Positions 38,731 to 49,935 of a DNA stretch of 64,000 nt are shown one piece after another. The translations under genes and the position numbers were made by a program. Within the stretch, counting starts at the first letter, position 1, and every line of letters begins with the position of its first letter. The stretch covers positions 196,102-260,101 of the forward strand of contig CAVPPK010000006.1 of the NCBI GenBank assembly GCA_963707385.1, in the 5' to 3' direction. This DNA comes from an uncultured bacterium (GTDB lineage Bacteria; Actinomycetota; Actinomycetes; S36-B12). The notes beneath the pieces are model-generated. The model saw only the letters and a list, made by a program, of their open reading frames with translations, ran no database searches and was not told the origin of the DNA.

Positions 38731-40396
38731 ATGACGCTGCCCGCAGGCCTGCGCCGCTGGCAGCGCGAGGCGCTCGAGACGTACGAGGCCAGGCAGCCCG
38801 ACGACTTCCTCGTCAGCGCGACGCCGGGGGCGGGGAAGACGACCTTCGCGCTGACGCTGGCATCACGACTGATGGCCAGGAAGGTCATCAGCCGGGTCAT
38901 CGTGGTGGCGCCCACGGATCACCTGCGGACGCAGTGGGCCGATGCCGCGTCGGAGGTCGGCCTCGTCCTCGACCCGACCCTGAAGAACAGCGACGGCCCG
39001 GTGCGCGCCGGGATGGCCGGCTACGTGACGACGTACGCGACGGTCGCCTCGCACCCCATGCTCCACCGCGCGCGCACGCAGAACGCCCGCACGCTCGTCA
39101 TCCTCGACGAGGTCCACCACGCGGGCGACGGCCTGTCCTGGGGAGAGGCGGTCAGCGAGGCCTTCACCGTCGCGCGGCGCCGGCTGAGCCTGACGGGCAC
39201 GCCGTTCCGGACCAAGGCCGACGAGCGGATCCCCTTCGTCAGCTACGAGGAGACCTCGGACGGGCTCGTGTCCGCTGCCGACTACGCCTACGAGTACCGG
39301 CACGCCCTGTCCGAGGCCGTCGTGCGGCCGGTGGTGTTCGCCGCCTACTCGGGCACCAGCCGCTGGATGAACTCGGCCGGAGAGGTGCTCAGCTCCAGCC
39401 TCAGCGGCGCCGGGACGAAGGCGGCCGAGGACAAGGCCTGGCGCACGGCGCTGAGCCCGACGGGCAAGTGGATCCCGCACGTCATCGCCGCCGCCGACGC
39501 CCGCCTGACGGACATCCGCGAGTCCGGGGCGGTCGACGCGGCCGGGCTGATGCTCGCCACGGACATCGAGACGGCACGCGCCTACGCGACCGTCGTCAAG
39601 CAGGTCACCGGTCACGCCCCGGTCCTCGTGCTCTCGGACGACCCCCGGTCCAGCAAGAAGATCGAGTCGTTCCGCACCGGCACCGACCGCTGGCTGGTCG
39701 CCGTCAAGCAGGTGTCCGAGGGGGTCGACATCGCGCGGCTCAGCGTCTGCCTGTGGGCGTGCTCGTTCCGCACGCCGCTGTTCTTCGCCCAGGCGATCGG
39801 TCGCGTCGTGCGCGCACGCAATGCCCGCGAGAGCGCCACTGTCTTCCTGCCCGCGGTGCGGCCGCTGCTCGCGCTGGCCGCGGCGATGGAGGAGGAGCGC
39901 AACCACGTGGTGCGCACGCCCCTGGAGGCCGGTACCCACGACCTCCTGCTCGAGCGGGTCGAGTCGGAGCCGGGGGCTCCCGACTTCACGGCCCTCGACG
40001 CCGAGGCGGAGTTCGCCCACCTGCTGCAGGGCGGCCGGTCGATCACTGCCGAGCTGCTCGGCGGACGACGAGGAGTTCCTGGGGCTGCCCGGCCTGCTGA
40101 CCCCTGAGCAGACCGCCTCGCTGCTCGCGACCCGGGACGCCGAGCTGCGCCGCCATCGCCCGGGCACGCTGTTCGACGAGATGGCGGAGGCGCTCGAGTC
40201 CACCTCCTGGCGTGACGTGGACTCCCTGCGGCGCGAGGTCCACCAACTGGTGGGCCAGCTGGCCAGCCGTTCCGGGCGTCGGCATGCGGAGGTGCACGTG
40301 GAGGTTCGTGCCGCGGTGCCCGGTCCCACATCGTCCTCGGCCCCGTTCGAGATCCTGCAGGAGCGACGCGACTGGCTGCTGGGTCGGGTCGGCTGA
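38731..40396 (+). pseudogene. Superfamily-2 DEAD/DEAH(ResIII)-type helicase with a ~110-aa C-terminal extension; one +1 break near 40065
   Basis: Motif I ATPGAGKT, motif II ILDEVHHAG, motif III SLTGTPFR, motif V VKQVSEGVDI, motif VI QAIGRVVRA. Confidence 0.8.
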
Positions 40397-40437
40397 CGCA
40401 GGGTCGGCGGCCGTGACGGGACCGCTAGGCTGACCCC

Positions 40438-41994
40438 GTGCCACGCGGAGACGGGAAGCTCTCTCACGAGCTGCTCCCCGGCGAGAAGGGCCCTCAGGAC
40501 GCCTGCGGCGTTTTCGGGGTCTGGGCGCCCGGCGACGAGGTCGCCAAGCTCACCTACTTCGGGCTGTACGCCCTCCAGCACCGCGGCCAGGAGTCGGCCG
40601 GCATCGCGGTCAGCGACGGATCGCACATCGTCGTCTACAAGGACATGGGCCTGGTCTCCCAGGTCTTCACCGAGGCGAGCCTGGAGTCCCTCCACGGCCA
40701 CGTCGCCATCGGGCACACCCGGTACTCGACCACGGGTTCGAGCGTGTGGGAGAACGCGCAGCCGACGTTCCGGCAGACCGCGACGGGGCACCTGGCCCTC
40801 GGCCACAACGGCAACATCACCAACACCCACGAGCTGCGGGCCCGCCTCGCCGACCTGTCCGAGACGTCCGGCGAGCTGCCGCTCGGCACCCGGATGGCGA
40901 TCGACCAGCGACACCGACACGCTGTCGGCCCTGATCGCCGCGCACGCCGACCTCACCATCGAGGCCGCCGCGATGCTCGAGCTGCCGTACGTGCGCGGGG
41001 CGTTCTCGCTGGTGTTCATGGACGACGACGCGCTGTACGGCGCGCGCGACCCGCAGGGCATCCGGCCGCTCGTCCTCGGCCGGCTCGAGCGCGGCTGGGT
41101 CATCGCCAGCGAGACGGCGGCGCTCGACATCGTCGGCGCCTCCTTCGTCCGCGAGGTCGAGCCCGGCGAGCTGATCGTCATCGACGAGAACGGGCTCCGC
41201 TCGCACCGGTTCGCCGAGGCCGGCGCCCAAGGGCTGCCTGTTCGAGTTCGTCTACCTGGCCCGCCCCGACACGTCGATCTCCGGCCGCGGCGTGCAGGCC
41301 GTGCGCGTCGAGACCGGCCGCCGCCTCGCCCGCGAGCACGCCGTCGACGCCGACCTGGTCATCCCGGTCCCGGAGTCCGGCCGCTACGCCGCGATCGGCT
41401 ACGCGCAGGAGTCGGGCATCCCGTTCGCCGAGGGCCTGGTGAAGAACGCCTACGTCGGCCGCACGTTCATCCAGCCCTCGCAGTCCATCCGCCAGCTCGG
41501 CATCCGGCTCAAGCTCAACCCGCTGCGCGACGTGATCGCCGGCCAGCGCCTCATCGTCGTCGACGACTCGATCGTGCGCGGCAACACCCAGCGCGCCCTC
41601 GTGCGGATGCTGCGCGAGGCGGGCGCCCGCGAGGTGCACGTGCGCATCTCCAGCCCGCCGGTGAAGTGGCCGTGCTTCTACGGCATCGACTTCGCCAGCC
41701 GCGCCGAGCTGATCGCCAACGGCCTGTCGGTCGACGAGATCTGCACGTCGATCGGCGCCGACTCGCTCGCCTTCGTCGATCTCGACGAGCTCATCGACGC
41801 GACCACCGTGGCGAAGGACAAGCTCTGCCGCGCCTGCTTCGACGGCATCTACCCGGTCGCCCTGCCCGAGCCCGAGCTGCTCGGCAAGCACGTGCTCGAG
41901 GGGATCGAGCGGCGCGTGGTCGGAGGGCACCGACACCGAGGGCGTCACGACGCTGCTCGGCGGCGGCGCCGCCGACGCGCTCGAGCGGCCATGA
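40438..41994 (+). pseudogene. purF: Amidophosphoribosyltransferase; three +1 breaks (~40905, ~41225, ~41935)
   Basis: N-terminal nucleophile context DACGVFGVW, LQHRGQESAGI, GHTRYSTTG, LGHNGNITN, the PRPP loop LIVVDDSIVRGNT, and the C-terminal Fe-S cysteines (CFYGID, CRACFDG). Confidence 0.95.
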
Positions 41995-43103
41995 CCGACG
42001 GCTCCACCGGGGCGGCCGGCGACCTCCTACGCGGCGGCCGGCGTCGACGTCGAGGCCGGCGAGCGTGCCGTCGCCCTGATGCGGGCCTCCGTCGCCGCGC
42101 GCCCAGCGCCCCGAGGTGGTCGGCGACTTCGGCGGCTTCGCCGGACTGTTCGACATCTCCGCGTTCACGCGCTACCGCCGGCCGCTGCTCGCGACGTCCA
42201 CCGACGGCGTGGGCACGAAGATCGCGGTGGCCCGCGCCATGGACGTGCACGACACGATCGGCATCGACCTCGTCGCGATGGTCATCGACGACCTCGTCGT
42301 GTGCGGTGCCGAGCCGCTGTTCATGACCGACTACATCGCCGTCGGCTCGGTCGTCCCCGAGCGCATCGCCGCGATCGTCTCCGGCATCGCCGAGGGCTGC
42401 CGCCAGGGCGGGCTGCGCGCTCGTGGGCGGCGAGACCGCCGAGCACCCGGGGCTGATGGCACCCGACGAGTACGACGTCGCGGGCGCCGGCACGGGCATC
42501 GTCGACGCCGATGCGCTCCTCGGTCCCGACCGGGTGCGCGTCGGCGACGTCGTCATCGCGATGGGCTCCTCGGGCCTGCACTCCAACGGCTACTCCCTCG
42601 CCCGCATGGTGCTGCTGGGCGATGGCGGCCCCGGCCTGGACGCGCACATGGACGAGCTCGGCCGCACCGTCGGCGAGGAGATGCTCGAGCCGACGCGGAT
42701 CTACGCGAAGGACTGCCTGGCGCTGGCAGCGGCGGTCGACGTGCACGCCATCAGCCACGTGACCGGCGGCGGCCTGGCGGCCAACCTGGCGAGGGTGCTG
42801 CCGCCCGAGGTCGCCGTCGACGTCGATCGTTCGACGTGGACGCCGCAGCCGGTGTTCGGACTGATCGGCGGACTCGGTCGCGTCGACGTCGCCGACCTCG
42901 AGCGCACCTTCAACATGGGCATCGGCATGATCGCCGTCGTCGCGGCCGAGCAGGCGGACGCGGCGATCGCCCTGCTCACCGGCCGTGGGGTGCGCGCCTG
43001 GGCCTGCGGCACCGTGCGGGCGCGGCGCGACGGCGAGCACGGCGACGCCGAGGCCAAGGGTGGTGCGGGTGGAGCGGTGACGCTGGTGGGTCGGCACCCC
43101 TAG
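41991..43103 (+). pseudogene. purM: AIR synthase (phosphoribosylformylglycinamidine cyclo-ligase); three +1 breaks (~42020, ~42100, ~42415)
   Basis: [78 protein letters not shown] overlap with the purF stop. Confidence 0.95.
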
Positions 43104-43333
43104 CGGGCGGCCGACTCCTCGTCCTCGTCCTCGTCGTAGTACTTCGCGTACGGATCGTCCGCGTACGGGTCCTCGACCACGTCGTACGTCGCGTCCAGCG
43201 GCTCGCTCGGCGCCGGGGCGGAACCGCCGGTACCCAGCTCTGCCTGCAGGCGGTCGAAGTCGGTCTGAGGTCCGCCGTACTTCAACTCGCGGGCGACCTT
43301 CGTCTGCTTCGCCTTGGCACGGCCGCGCCCCAT
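43100..43333 (-). CDS. DUF3073-like small acidic protein
   Basis: Intact. [22 protein letters not shown]...[15 protein letters not shown]. This conserved actinobacterial gene sits next to purM (the same neighbourhood as in Streptomyces and Mycobacterium, from memory). Confidence 0.7.
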   Translation of the reverse strand: MGRGRAKAKQTKVARELKYGGPQTDFDRLQAELGTGGSAPAPSEPLDATYDVVEDPYADDPYAKYYDEDEDEESAAR

Positions 43334-43497
43334 GGCTCGACCCCCTCATCCCAGGGCCGTGGCCCCGGCTCATCGTGGACAATTCGCGCGTCGATCCGCC
43401 GGTGAGCGGCGGAAACGCGGTAACGGAACCCTAGAGTACCCGCTCCTCGGCCGCGCGGGATTCACCGGTAGGGCCGCGTCGGATCCGGTCCTCCGCC

Positions 43498-44596
43498 TCA
43501 CGCTCGGCGGCGCGTCACCGGGGTCAGCCCCTCCGTGGCGGCGCGCTCGAGCACGCGCAGCGTGGTGGCGTACACCCGCTCGGTGCGCGCGCGGGCCCGG
43601 TCGAGGTCGCCGCCCACGAGCTCCTCGGCCACCTGGATGACCCCTCCGCAGTTGACCATGAAGTCCGGGGCGTAGACGATCCCGCGCTCGTGGAGCAGGT
43701 CGCCCACCGCCGGCTCGGCGAGCTGGTTGTTGGCGCCTCCGCACACCAGCCGCACGGGCAGCCGAGGCACGAGGTCGGGGGTGATCAGGCCGCCCATCGC
43801 GTTCGGGGAGAGCACCTCGGGGTCCGTCGCCAGCAGCTCGTCGAGGGAGTCGACGAAGCGCACGCCGGGGCAGGCGTCGAGCACGGCCTCGCGCGCGAGG
43901 TCGGACGGGTCGGTCGACACGACGTCCGCGCCGGCGGCGACCAGGTGCCCGATGAGGCGTCCGCCCACCTTGCCCGCCCCGACCACCGCGATGCGCCGCC
44001 CGGCAAGGTCGTCGGTGCCGAAGACCACGCGCGCGCTGGCCTGAAGACCGCAGGAAGACGCCGAGGGCGGTGAGGATGCCGGAGTCGCCGACGCCGCCCT
44101 TCTCGGGCGAGCGTCCGGTCGTCCACGGGCAGACGTCGCCGATGACGTCCATGTCGGCGACGGTCATGCCGACGTCGCCGGCCGTGACGTAGCTGCCGTC
44201 GAGCGACGTCACGAGCCGGCCGTAGGCATGGAGGATCGCAGGGTCGCCGCTGGCGTGGTGCGCGACCGAGTCGGCGAGGATGACGCCCTTGCCGCCGCCA
44301 TGGTCCAGCCCGGCGAGCGCGTTCTTGTAGGTCATCGCGCGCGAGAGGCGCAGGGCATCGGCGTACGCTGCCGCGCCGGGCTCGCTCGCGTCGGAGTAGT
44401 CGGCCATCCGGGTGCCGCCCAGCGCGGGCCCGAGCCGCGTCGAGTGGATCGCCACCACCATGCGCACCCCGGAGTCCGGGTCCTGGGCCAGGACGACCCT
44501 CTCGTGCCCGTCGAACCCCGCCCACGGGCCGCCGATCGACGACGACGCCGCGCCGTCGCGCGTCCGACTCGCCCGGCTATTTCCCCCCATGTCCAT
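43498..44596 (-). pseudogene. vdh: Leu/Val/Phe (Glu/Leu/Phe/Val family) amino-acid dehydrogenase, valine-dehydrogenase-like; one +1 break near 44040
   Basis: [26 protein letters not shown] (catalytic Lys context), YVTAGDVG, Rossmann [20 protein letters not shown]. Confidence 0.85.
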
Positions 44597-44749
44597 GCAG
44601 ATCACCCTAGGCGGATCGGCATACGAAAGGGATAAACAGTGGCTATTGAGGCAAATTCGACTTGATCGAGGCATGGACCGGTGCGAGAGTGTCAAACACG
44701 TCCAAATCGGGCGCTTCGTGGGGGCGAACTCACGGTCTGGGAGGCACAC

Positions 44750-44971
44750 ATGAGCGCGCAAAGCGTGGAATCAGAGCATCTCCTCACTCCAGCCGAGGTG
44801 GCAGCACTGTTCCGGGTGGATCCCAAGACCGTCACCCGCTGGGCCAAGGCCGGCAAGCTCACCAGCATCCGCACGCTGGGCGGCCATCGTCGCTACCGCT
44901 CGTCCGAGGTGCACGCGCTCCTCGATGCCAACGCTCCGGGCCGTCGCTACGACGTCCCGGCCGCCGGCTGA
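44750..44971 (+). CDS. bldC: BldC-like small MerR/excisionase-type DNA-binding protein
   Basis: Intact. [52 protein letters not shown] lies 7 nt upstream. It is preceded by the most AT-rich intergenic tract of the window and is adjacent to vdh, as in Streptomyces. Confidence 0.75.
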   Translation: MSAQSVESEHLLTPAEVAALFRVDPKTVTRWAKAGKLTSIRTLGGHRRYRSSEVHALLDANAPGRRYDVPAAG

Positions 44972-45054
44972 CCGAACCGCACCTCTCGACGGGGGCCCTC
45001 CCGACTACGGTGGGGCCATGCCCGCCGTCCGTCGTCCACTGAGCGGGTCGACCG

Positions 45055-45807
45055 GTGACTGATCCCGTCTACCGGCCGATCATCCTGACGGCCCGCACCC
45101 TGTTCGCCGGCCTCGGCCTGCGCTTCGACGTGGTGGGGGAGCAGAACATCCCGCGCACCGGCGGGGCCGTCCTGGCGATCAACCACACGAGCTACCTCGA
45201 CTTCGCCCTCGGTGGCCTGCCCGCTGACCGCGTGGGCCACCGACTCGTGCGCTTCATGGCGAAGGACGGGATCTTCAAGCACCCGGTCGCCGGGCCGCTG
45301 ATGCGGGGGATGAAGCACATCCCCGTCGACCGCGACGCCGGCTCGGCCGCCTTCCGCGACGCGGTCGCGGCACTCAAGGCCGGCGAGCTCGTAGGGGTGT
45401 TCCCGGAGGCGACGATGAGCCGGTCGCTGGAGATCAAGGAGATCAAGAACGGTGCCGTCCGGATGGCCCGAACGGCCAACGTGCCGCTCATCCCGATGAT
45501 CATCTTCGGTGGGCACCGATTGCTCTCGTACGACCGCAAGGACTTCTCGCGCGGCAAGCCCATCGCGATGACGGTGGGGGCGCCGATCCCCATCCCCAAG
45601 GGCTCAGACCCCGACGTGCTGACCGACGAGCTGCATGCCCGGATGGCCGCGCTGCTCGACGAGACCATCGCCCGCTACCCCGACAAGCCGCCGGGCGCCT
45701 GGTGGATCCCGGCCCGTCTGGGCGGCTCCGCGCCGACGCCGGCCGAGGCGGAGGCCATCGAGGAGCGGGTGCGAGCCGAGAAGGCCGCCGGGCGCGATCA
45801 GGCCTGA
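45055..45807 (+). CDS. 1-acyl-sn-glycerol-3-phosphate (lysophospholipid) acyltransferase family protein
   Basis: Intact 250-aa ORF. HX4D motif NHTSYLDF, then VGVFPEATMS (FPEGT-like block) and PLIPMIIFG. Confidence 0.85.
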   Translation: MTDPVYRPIILTARTLFAGLGLRFDVVGEQNIPRTGGAVLAINHTSYLDFALGGLPADRVGHRLVRFMAKDGIFKHPVAGPLMRGMKHIPVDRDAGSAAFRDAVAALKAGELVGVFPEATMSRSLEIKEIKNGAVRMARTANVPLIPMIIFGGHRLLSYDRKDFSRGKPIAMTVGAPIPIPKGSDPDVLTDELHARMAALLDETIARYPDKPPGAWWIPARLGGSAPTPAEAEAIEERVRAEKAAGRDQA

Positions 45808-47489
45808 GGGTTCTGCTCCACCCACTCCTGGTACGCGGCGACGGCCGTGGGCAGGGTCGGGAAGATGCGGTCGTGCCCGATGCGCGCGCCGATGCCGTGC
45901 CGGTCCAGCATCTCGATCACCTCGTGCTTCACGCGCACGAGCGCCAGCTCGGCGCCGACGTGCTCGCAGTGCTGCCGGAAGTCCTCGAGCGCGTCGAGCC
46001 CGGTGACGTCGACCTCGGTGTTGCCCTCCATGTTGAGCAGGAACCATCGGGCGGGGGGAGCGGCCTCGTCGAGCGCGATCCGGCACTGCCGGTCGAAGTG
46101 CTCGGCGTTGGCGAAGAACAGCGGTGAGTCGTACCTGAAGACGACGAGTCCGGGAAGCTGCGCGCTGCCGGGGTAGTCGTCGACGTCGTGCCAGCCGGGG
46201 ACCTCGGGAGCTCTGCCCGAGCACGGCGGCGTGCGGGCGGGCCACGCGAGTCAGCAGCTCGACGACGGAGATGGCCACGGCCGCGAGCACGCCGTAGAGG
46301 ATGTCGAACAGGAGCACGCCGGCCGTGGCGAAGATCGCCAGCAGGAACTCGCGGCGCCGGAACGCCCACAGCCGCCGGAACTCGGCGACGTCGATCAGCC
46401 GGATCGCCGCGTAGACGACGACGCCGCCGAGGGCAGCGGCGGGGAAGGCGGCGATCACGGCGCTGAACGCGACGACGGAGACGATCGTCAAGCGCGGCGG
46501 CCACGAGCGAGTACAGCTGCGAGCGCGCGCCGCTGGCGTCGGCGATCGACGTGCGACTCGCGCTGGAGCTCACCGGGAATCCGCCGACGAGCGAGGAGCC
46601 GACGTTCGCGGTGCCCAGGGCCAGGAACTCCTGGTTGTTGTGGATGCGCGTGCGGGTGCGGGTGGCGAAGGCGCGGGCGGTGAGGATGTTGTCGGTGTAG
46701 CCGACGACGAAGATGCCGAGGGCCGGCAGCAGCAGGATGCCGAGGCTCGGATGGATCGAGCGAGGGAAGGCCGACGTTCATGCCCTCGAAGGAGACGTCA
46801 CCGACGGTGGTCACTCCCTGGGCCGTGAGGTCGAAGACCGCGACGACCGCCGTCGCCAGCAGCATCACGACGAGCGGCACCGGGACCCGGGGGTACCGCG
46901 GCGTGAAGAACAGCAGCAAGCCGGCGACGGCGACGCCGATCGCGAGCGTCGGCCACGAGACGCCGTCGCGCGCCGTGTTGCCCGCGAAGGAGCCGATGTC
47001 CTCGAGGAACGAGTCGCCCGCGACGTCGACGCCGGTCACCTTGCCCAGCTGGCTCGTGATCATGATGACGGCGACCCCGGCCATGTACCCGATCAGGACG
47101 GGCCTCGACAGCAGGTCGCCGATGAACCCGATGCGCAGCACGCCGGCGAGCAGCGCATACAGGCCGACGAGCAGCGCGAGCGTCGCCGCGAGCGCCGCGT
47201 AGCGCACGGGGTCGCCGGCTGCGAGGGGCGCGAGCACCGCCGCCGTCATCAGGGCGGTGGTCGACTCCGGGCCGACCGACAGGAGTCGCGACGAGCCCAC
47301 GAGCGCGTAGAGCACCATCGCCACGACGACGACCACCAGGCCCGCCTGCGGCGCCAGTCCCGCCAGCGCGGAGTACGCCATCACCTGAGGAATCAGGTAG
47401 GCGGTGACGGTGAGGCCGCCCATCAGGTCGCCGCGCAGGTCCCGGCGGTCGTAGTGCAGCAGTCGCTGCACTCCGATGTGGCTGCTCAC
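45798..47489 (-). pseudogene. SulP-family anion (sulfate) permease with C-terminal STAS domain; about five breaks
   Basis: N-terminal DLRGDLMGGLTVTAYLIPQVMAYSALAGL and multiple TM segments. The STAS part is FRYDSPLFFANAEHF...LLNMEGNTEVDVTGLDALEDF...ALVRVKHEV. GTG start at 47489. Confidence 0.85.
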
Positions 47490-47525
47490 TCGCCCACGGT
47501 AGGGCCGCGGCCGTAGGTTTGGCGC

Positions 47526-48067
47526 GTGGACGTGAACCCCGAGCCCGACAGCAAGGACTGGACCTGGGTGCTCGACGAGACAGTGCCCCGAGTGCGGCTT
47601 CGACACGCGGTCACCGCAGCGGGCGGCGCTCGCCGGACTGACCGTCGTGGTCGGGCAGCGGTGGGCGGAGGCCATGGCGATGCAGCCGGCGCCGACCCTT
47701 CGTCCGGCACCGGCCGTGTGGTCTCCGCTGGAGTACGCGTGCCATGTGCGCGACGTGTTCGATCTTGCCTGCGTGCGGGTGGAGCTGATGCTGACGGAGG
47801 ACGCGCCGCGGTTCGCCAACTGGGACCAGGACGCCACGGCGATCGACGACGACTACCCCTCGCAGGATCCCCAGGCGGTCGCTGACCAGCTTGTCGAGCA
47901 GGCGAGTCGCTTCTCGGCGCATCGTCGCGTCCGTGCCGGATGACGCATGGTCGCGCAGCGGCCTGCGTGGCGACGGGGCGATGTTCACGGTCGAGTCCTT
48001 CGTCAGGTACCTGCTGCATGATCCCGTCCATCACCTGATGGACGTCACCGGCGAGCGCTGGACCTGA
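47526..48067 (+). pseudogene. DinB-superfamily protein with an N-terminal CPxCG zinc-ribbon-like motif; two +1 breaks (~47585, ~47925)
   Basis: ...WTWVLDET|CPECGFD..., WSPLEYACHVRDVF, and the C-terminal FVRYLLHDPVHHLMDV (His-rich DinB-like helix). Confidence 0.55.
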
Positions 48068-48070
48068 GGC

Positions 48071-49438
48071 TCACCACTGCTTGCGGCTGATCAGGACGTT
48101 CCTGTTGGACAGCAGGTCCACGCGGTCGTGACGGTTGGTCAGCAGCGGGGCCGGGCGTCCCCAGTACTGCACGAGCGACGTCGCGCCGCCCTTGCCGATG
48201 CGGACCGTCAGGGTCCTGCCGGGGAGGATCTGCGTCCCGGGTGGGAAGGGATACGTGGACACCTTGCGACGAAGGTAGTAGCCGTCGAGCAGGACGGGGG
48301 CCGCGCTTGTGTTGCGCAGCACGATGAGCTCCTCGTTCGCGGCACGTGACGCGACCCGGCTCTGCGAGACCGGATCGACCTTGGCGATGACGACCGCACC
48401 CTGGAGCGGATCACGGCAGCTGGTGATGCAGGGGTACTCGTCGTAGAAGCGGACGGCGGTGTCGCGGTCGAGGAGGTACGCCCCGTCGCCGAGGAACTTC
48501 CCGTCCTGCGTGTTCGGGAACAGCGGCGCGGTCGCGCCCATGTAGAGGTCGCGCCCGTCCGGGGTGCCGCTGCCCACGTGCACGATGCGGAAGTCCCCGG
48601 GAGGAAGGACCGTGCCGGACGGGAAGTAGTACCAGGAGGTCAGGCTCGAGTCGCGCAGCAGCCAGCCCGAAAGGTCGACGCCGACGGTCCCGACGTTGCG
48701 CACGACGACGAACTCGCCGTTCAGGTTCGACTGGTCGGTGCCGGGCGCATCCCAGCTGACGGTGACCGCGATCCGGGCATCGGGCTGCTCGACCGGACCG
48801 CAGTGGTTCGGATCCCAGATGCCGCGACCACCGCGCTGGGCCTGCTGGACGATCAGCCGGTAGGGGTACGAGAGTGCGGACTCCTGGTCGACGGTGAACC
48901 ACATCGCCAGGCCGGACTCGGCGACGACGGCACTGATATCCGTGTCGTACTGGCCGGTCTGCGGATCGAACGCGAACACGTAGCGGAGGATCCGACCCCG
49001 GTTGGTGGAGTCCTTGTGCAGCGACCGCAGCTGGACCTTCGTGCCGACGGGCAGCAGGCGCTCCAGCTGGGCCTCGGCCTCGCGGCCGGCGCACATGTCC
49101 TCGGCGAAGTGAAGGTTGTCCTGCCCTGTCACTTCGGGAGTGTTCACGCCGAGCAGGCGCACGCGCTCCGGGCGATCGGCGCCGTCGGCCAGGAACTCGA
49201 ACGTGTCGCCGTCGAGCACCTTGGTGATGCGACCGGTCTCCTGGACGGGGACGTCGGTGTAGACGGAGTCGCGCGCGAGGGTCCCGGCACTGGCCGGGGC
49301 GCACGGCATGAGGACGAGTGCCGCGGCGATGCCGGGCACGAGCGTTCGGAGGAAGGTGGCGGCCTCCACGACACCAGTATCGGTCGGACCCGGACGTATC
49401 CTGACGGTAGGAGGACCTGTCATGGGCATTCCGAGCAC
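48071..49438 (-). CDS. Secreted staphylococcal-nuclease (SNase/thermonuclease)-fold nuclease fused to two lamin-tail domains (LTD)
   Basis: Uninterrupted 455-aa ORF. SNase signatures are at aa ~65-212 (VLDGDTFEF, VRLLGVNTPE, RGRILRYVF, GLAMWF, RGIWDP). LTD-like segments are at aa ~220-335 (NGEFVVVRNVGTVGVDLSGWLLRD) and ~345-455 (NEELIVLRNTSAAPVLLDGYYLRR). The annotated start overlaps the divergent gene at 49422. GTG 49369 (VEAATFLRTLVPGIAAALVLMPCAPASA) is a more plausible signal-peptide start. Confidence 0.85.
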   Translation of the reverse strand: MLGMPMTGPPTVRIRPGPTDTGVVEAATFLRTLVPGIAAALVLMPCAPASAGTLARDSVYTDVPVQETGRITKVLDGDTFEFLADGADRPERVRLLGVNTPEVTGQDNLHFAEDMCAGREAEAQLERLLPVGTKVQLRSLHKDSTNRGRILRYVFAFDPQTGQYDTDISAVVAESGLAMWFTVDQESALSYPYRLIVQQAQRGGRGIWDPNHCGPVEQPDARIAVTVSWDAPGTDQSNLNGEFVVVRNVGTVGVDLSGWLLRDSSLTSWYYFPSGTVLPPGDFRIVHVGSGTPDGRDLYMGATAPLFPNTQDGKFLGDGAYLLDRDTAVRFYDEYPCITSCRDPLQGAVVIAKVDPVSQSRVASRAANEELIVLRNTSAAPVLLDGYYLRRKVSTYPFPPGTQILPGRTLTVRIGKGGATSLVQYWGRPAPLLTNRHDRVDLLSNRNVLISRKQW

Positions 49439-49935
49439 CTATCCGAGCACCTACACCGAGATCAACGAGACCGGCTGCTGCCCCGTCCCCAACGTGAGCG
49501 ACTGGGATCGCCGGACGATCGACCTGGACCAGCGGTTCATCCGGCGGTACACCCGCAGCCTGCTCCACGTCCCGATGAACATGGCCAGCGTGATGACGGC
49601 GCTGCAGGCTGATGCCGCGGCGGCGGGGGCGACCATGCCGACCGACCACGGCATGATCCTCAGCCACGACCTCTCCGCCTGGCGGGCCGAGCAGCTGTAT
49701 GCCGTCTCGGCACCGGTGGAGGGCGCCGACAACGTCGTGCTCCAGGGCACCTTCGCGACGCGCGTCTTCGAGGGTCCCTATGGGCGAGCCCGCGAGTGGC
49801 ACGGAGGAACTGGTGGACTACGGGCGGTCCATCGGTCGTGAGGTCTCAGACGTGTACTTCTTCTACACGACCTGCCCGACGTGCGCGAAGCACTACGGGA
49901 AGAACTACGTCATGGTGCTAGGTCGGCTGGTCTGA
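49422..49935 (+). pseudogene. Conserved hypothetical Cys-rich protein; one +1 break near 49795
   Basis: N-terminal TGCCPVPNVSDWD and C-terminal VYFFYTTCPTCAKHYGKNYVMVLGRL. I recall this CC...CPxC architecture from uncharacterised proteins of Firmicutes and Actinobacteria but cannot name the family. SD GGTAGGAGGA lies upstream. Confidence 0.5.

Noticed and set aside
38731-40396. Restriction-modification or other defence island centred on the ResIII-type helicase
   Set aside because: No methyltransferase, nuclease, specificity subunit or other defence-associated gene is adjacent. The flanks are a polyamine ABC importer and purF. The composition does not visibly differ from the surroundings.
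43334-43497. Small RNA or promoter element in the 164-nt region upstream of the DUF3073 gene
   Set aside because: Only a short 7-bp stem (TCCGCCG…CGGCGGA) and a possible TACTCT -10 box with poorly spaced -35 candidates are present. There is nothing I can support from sequence alone.
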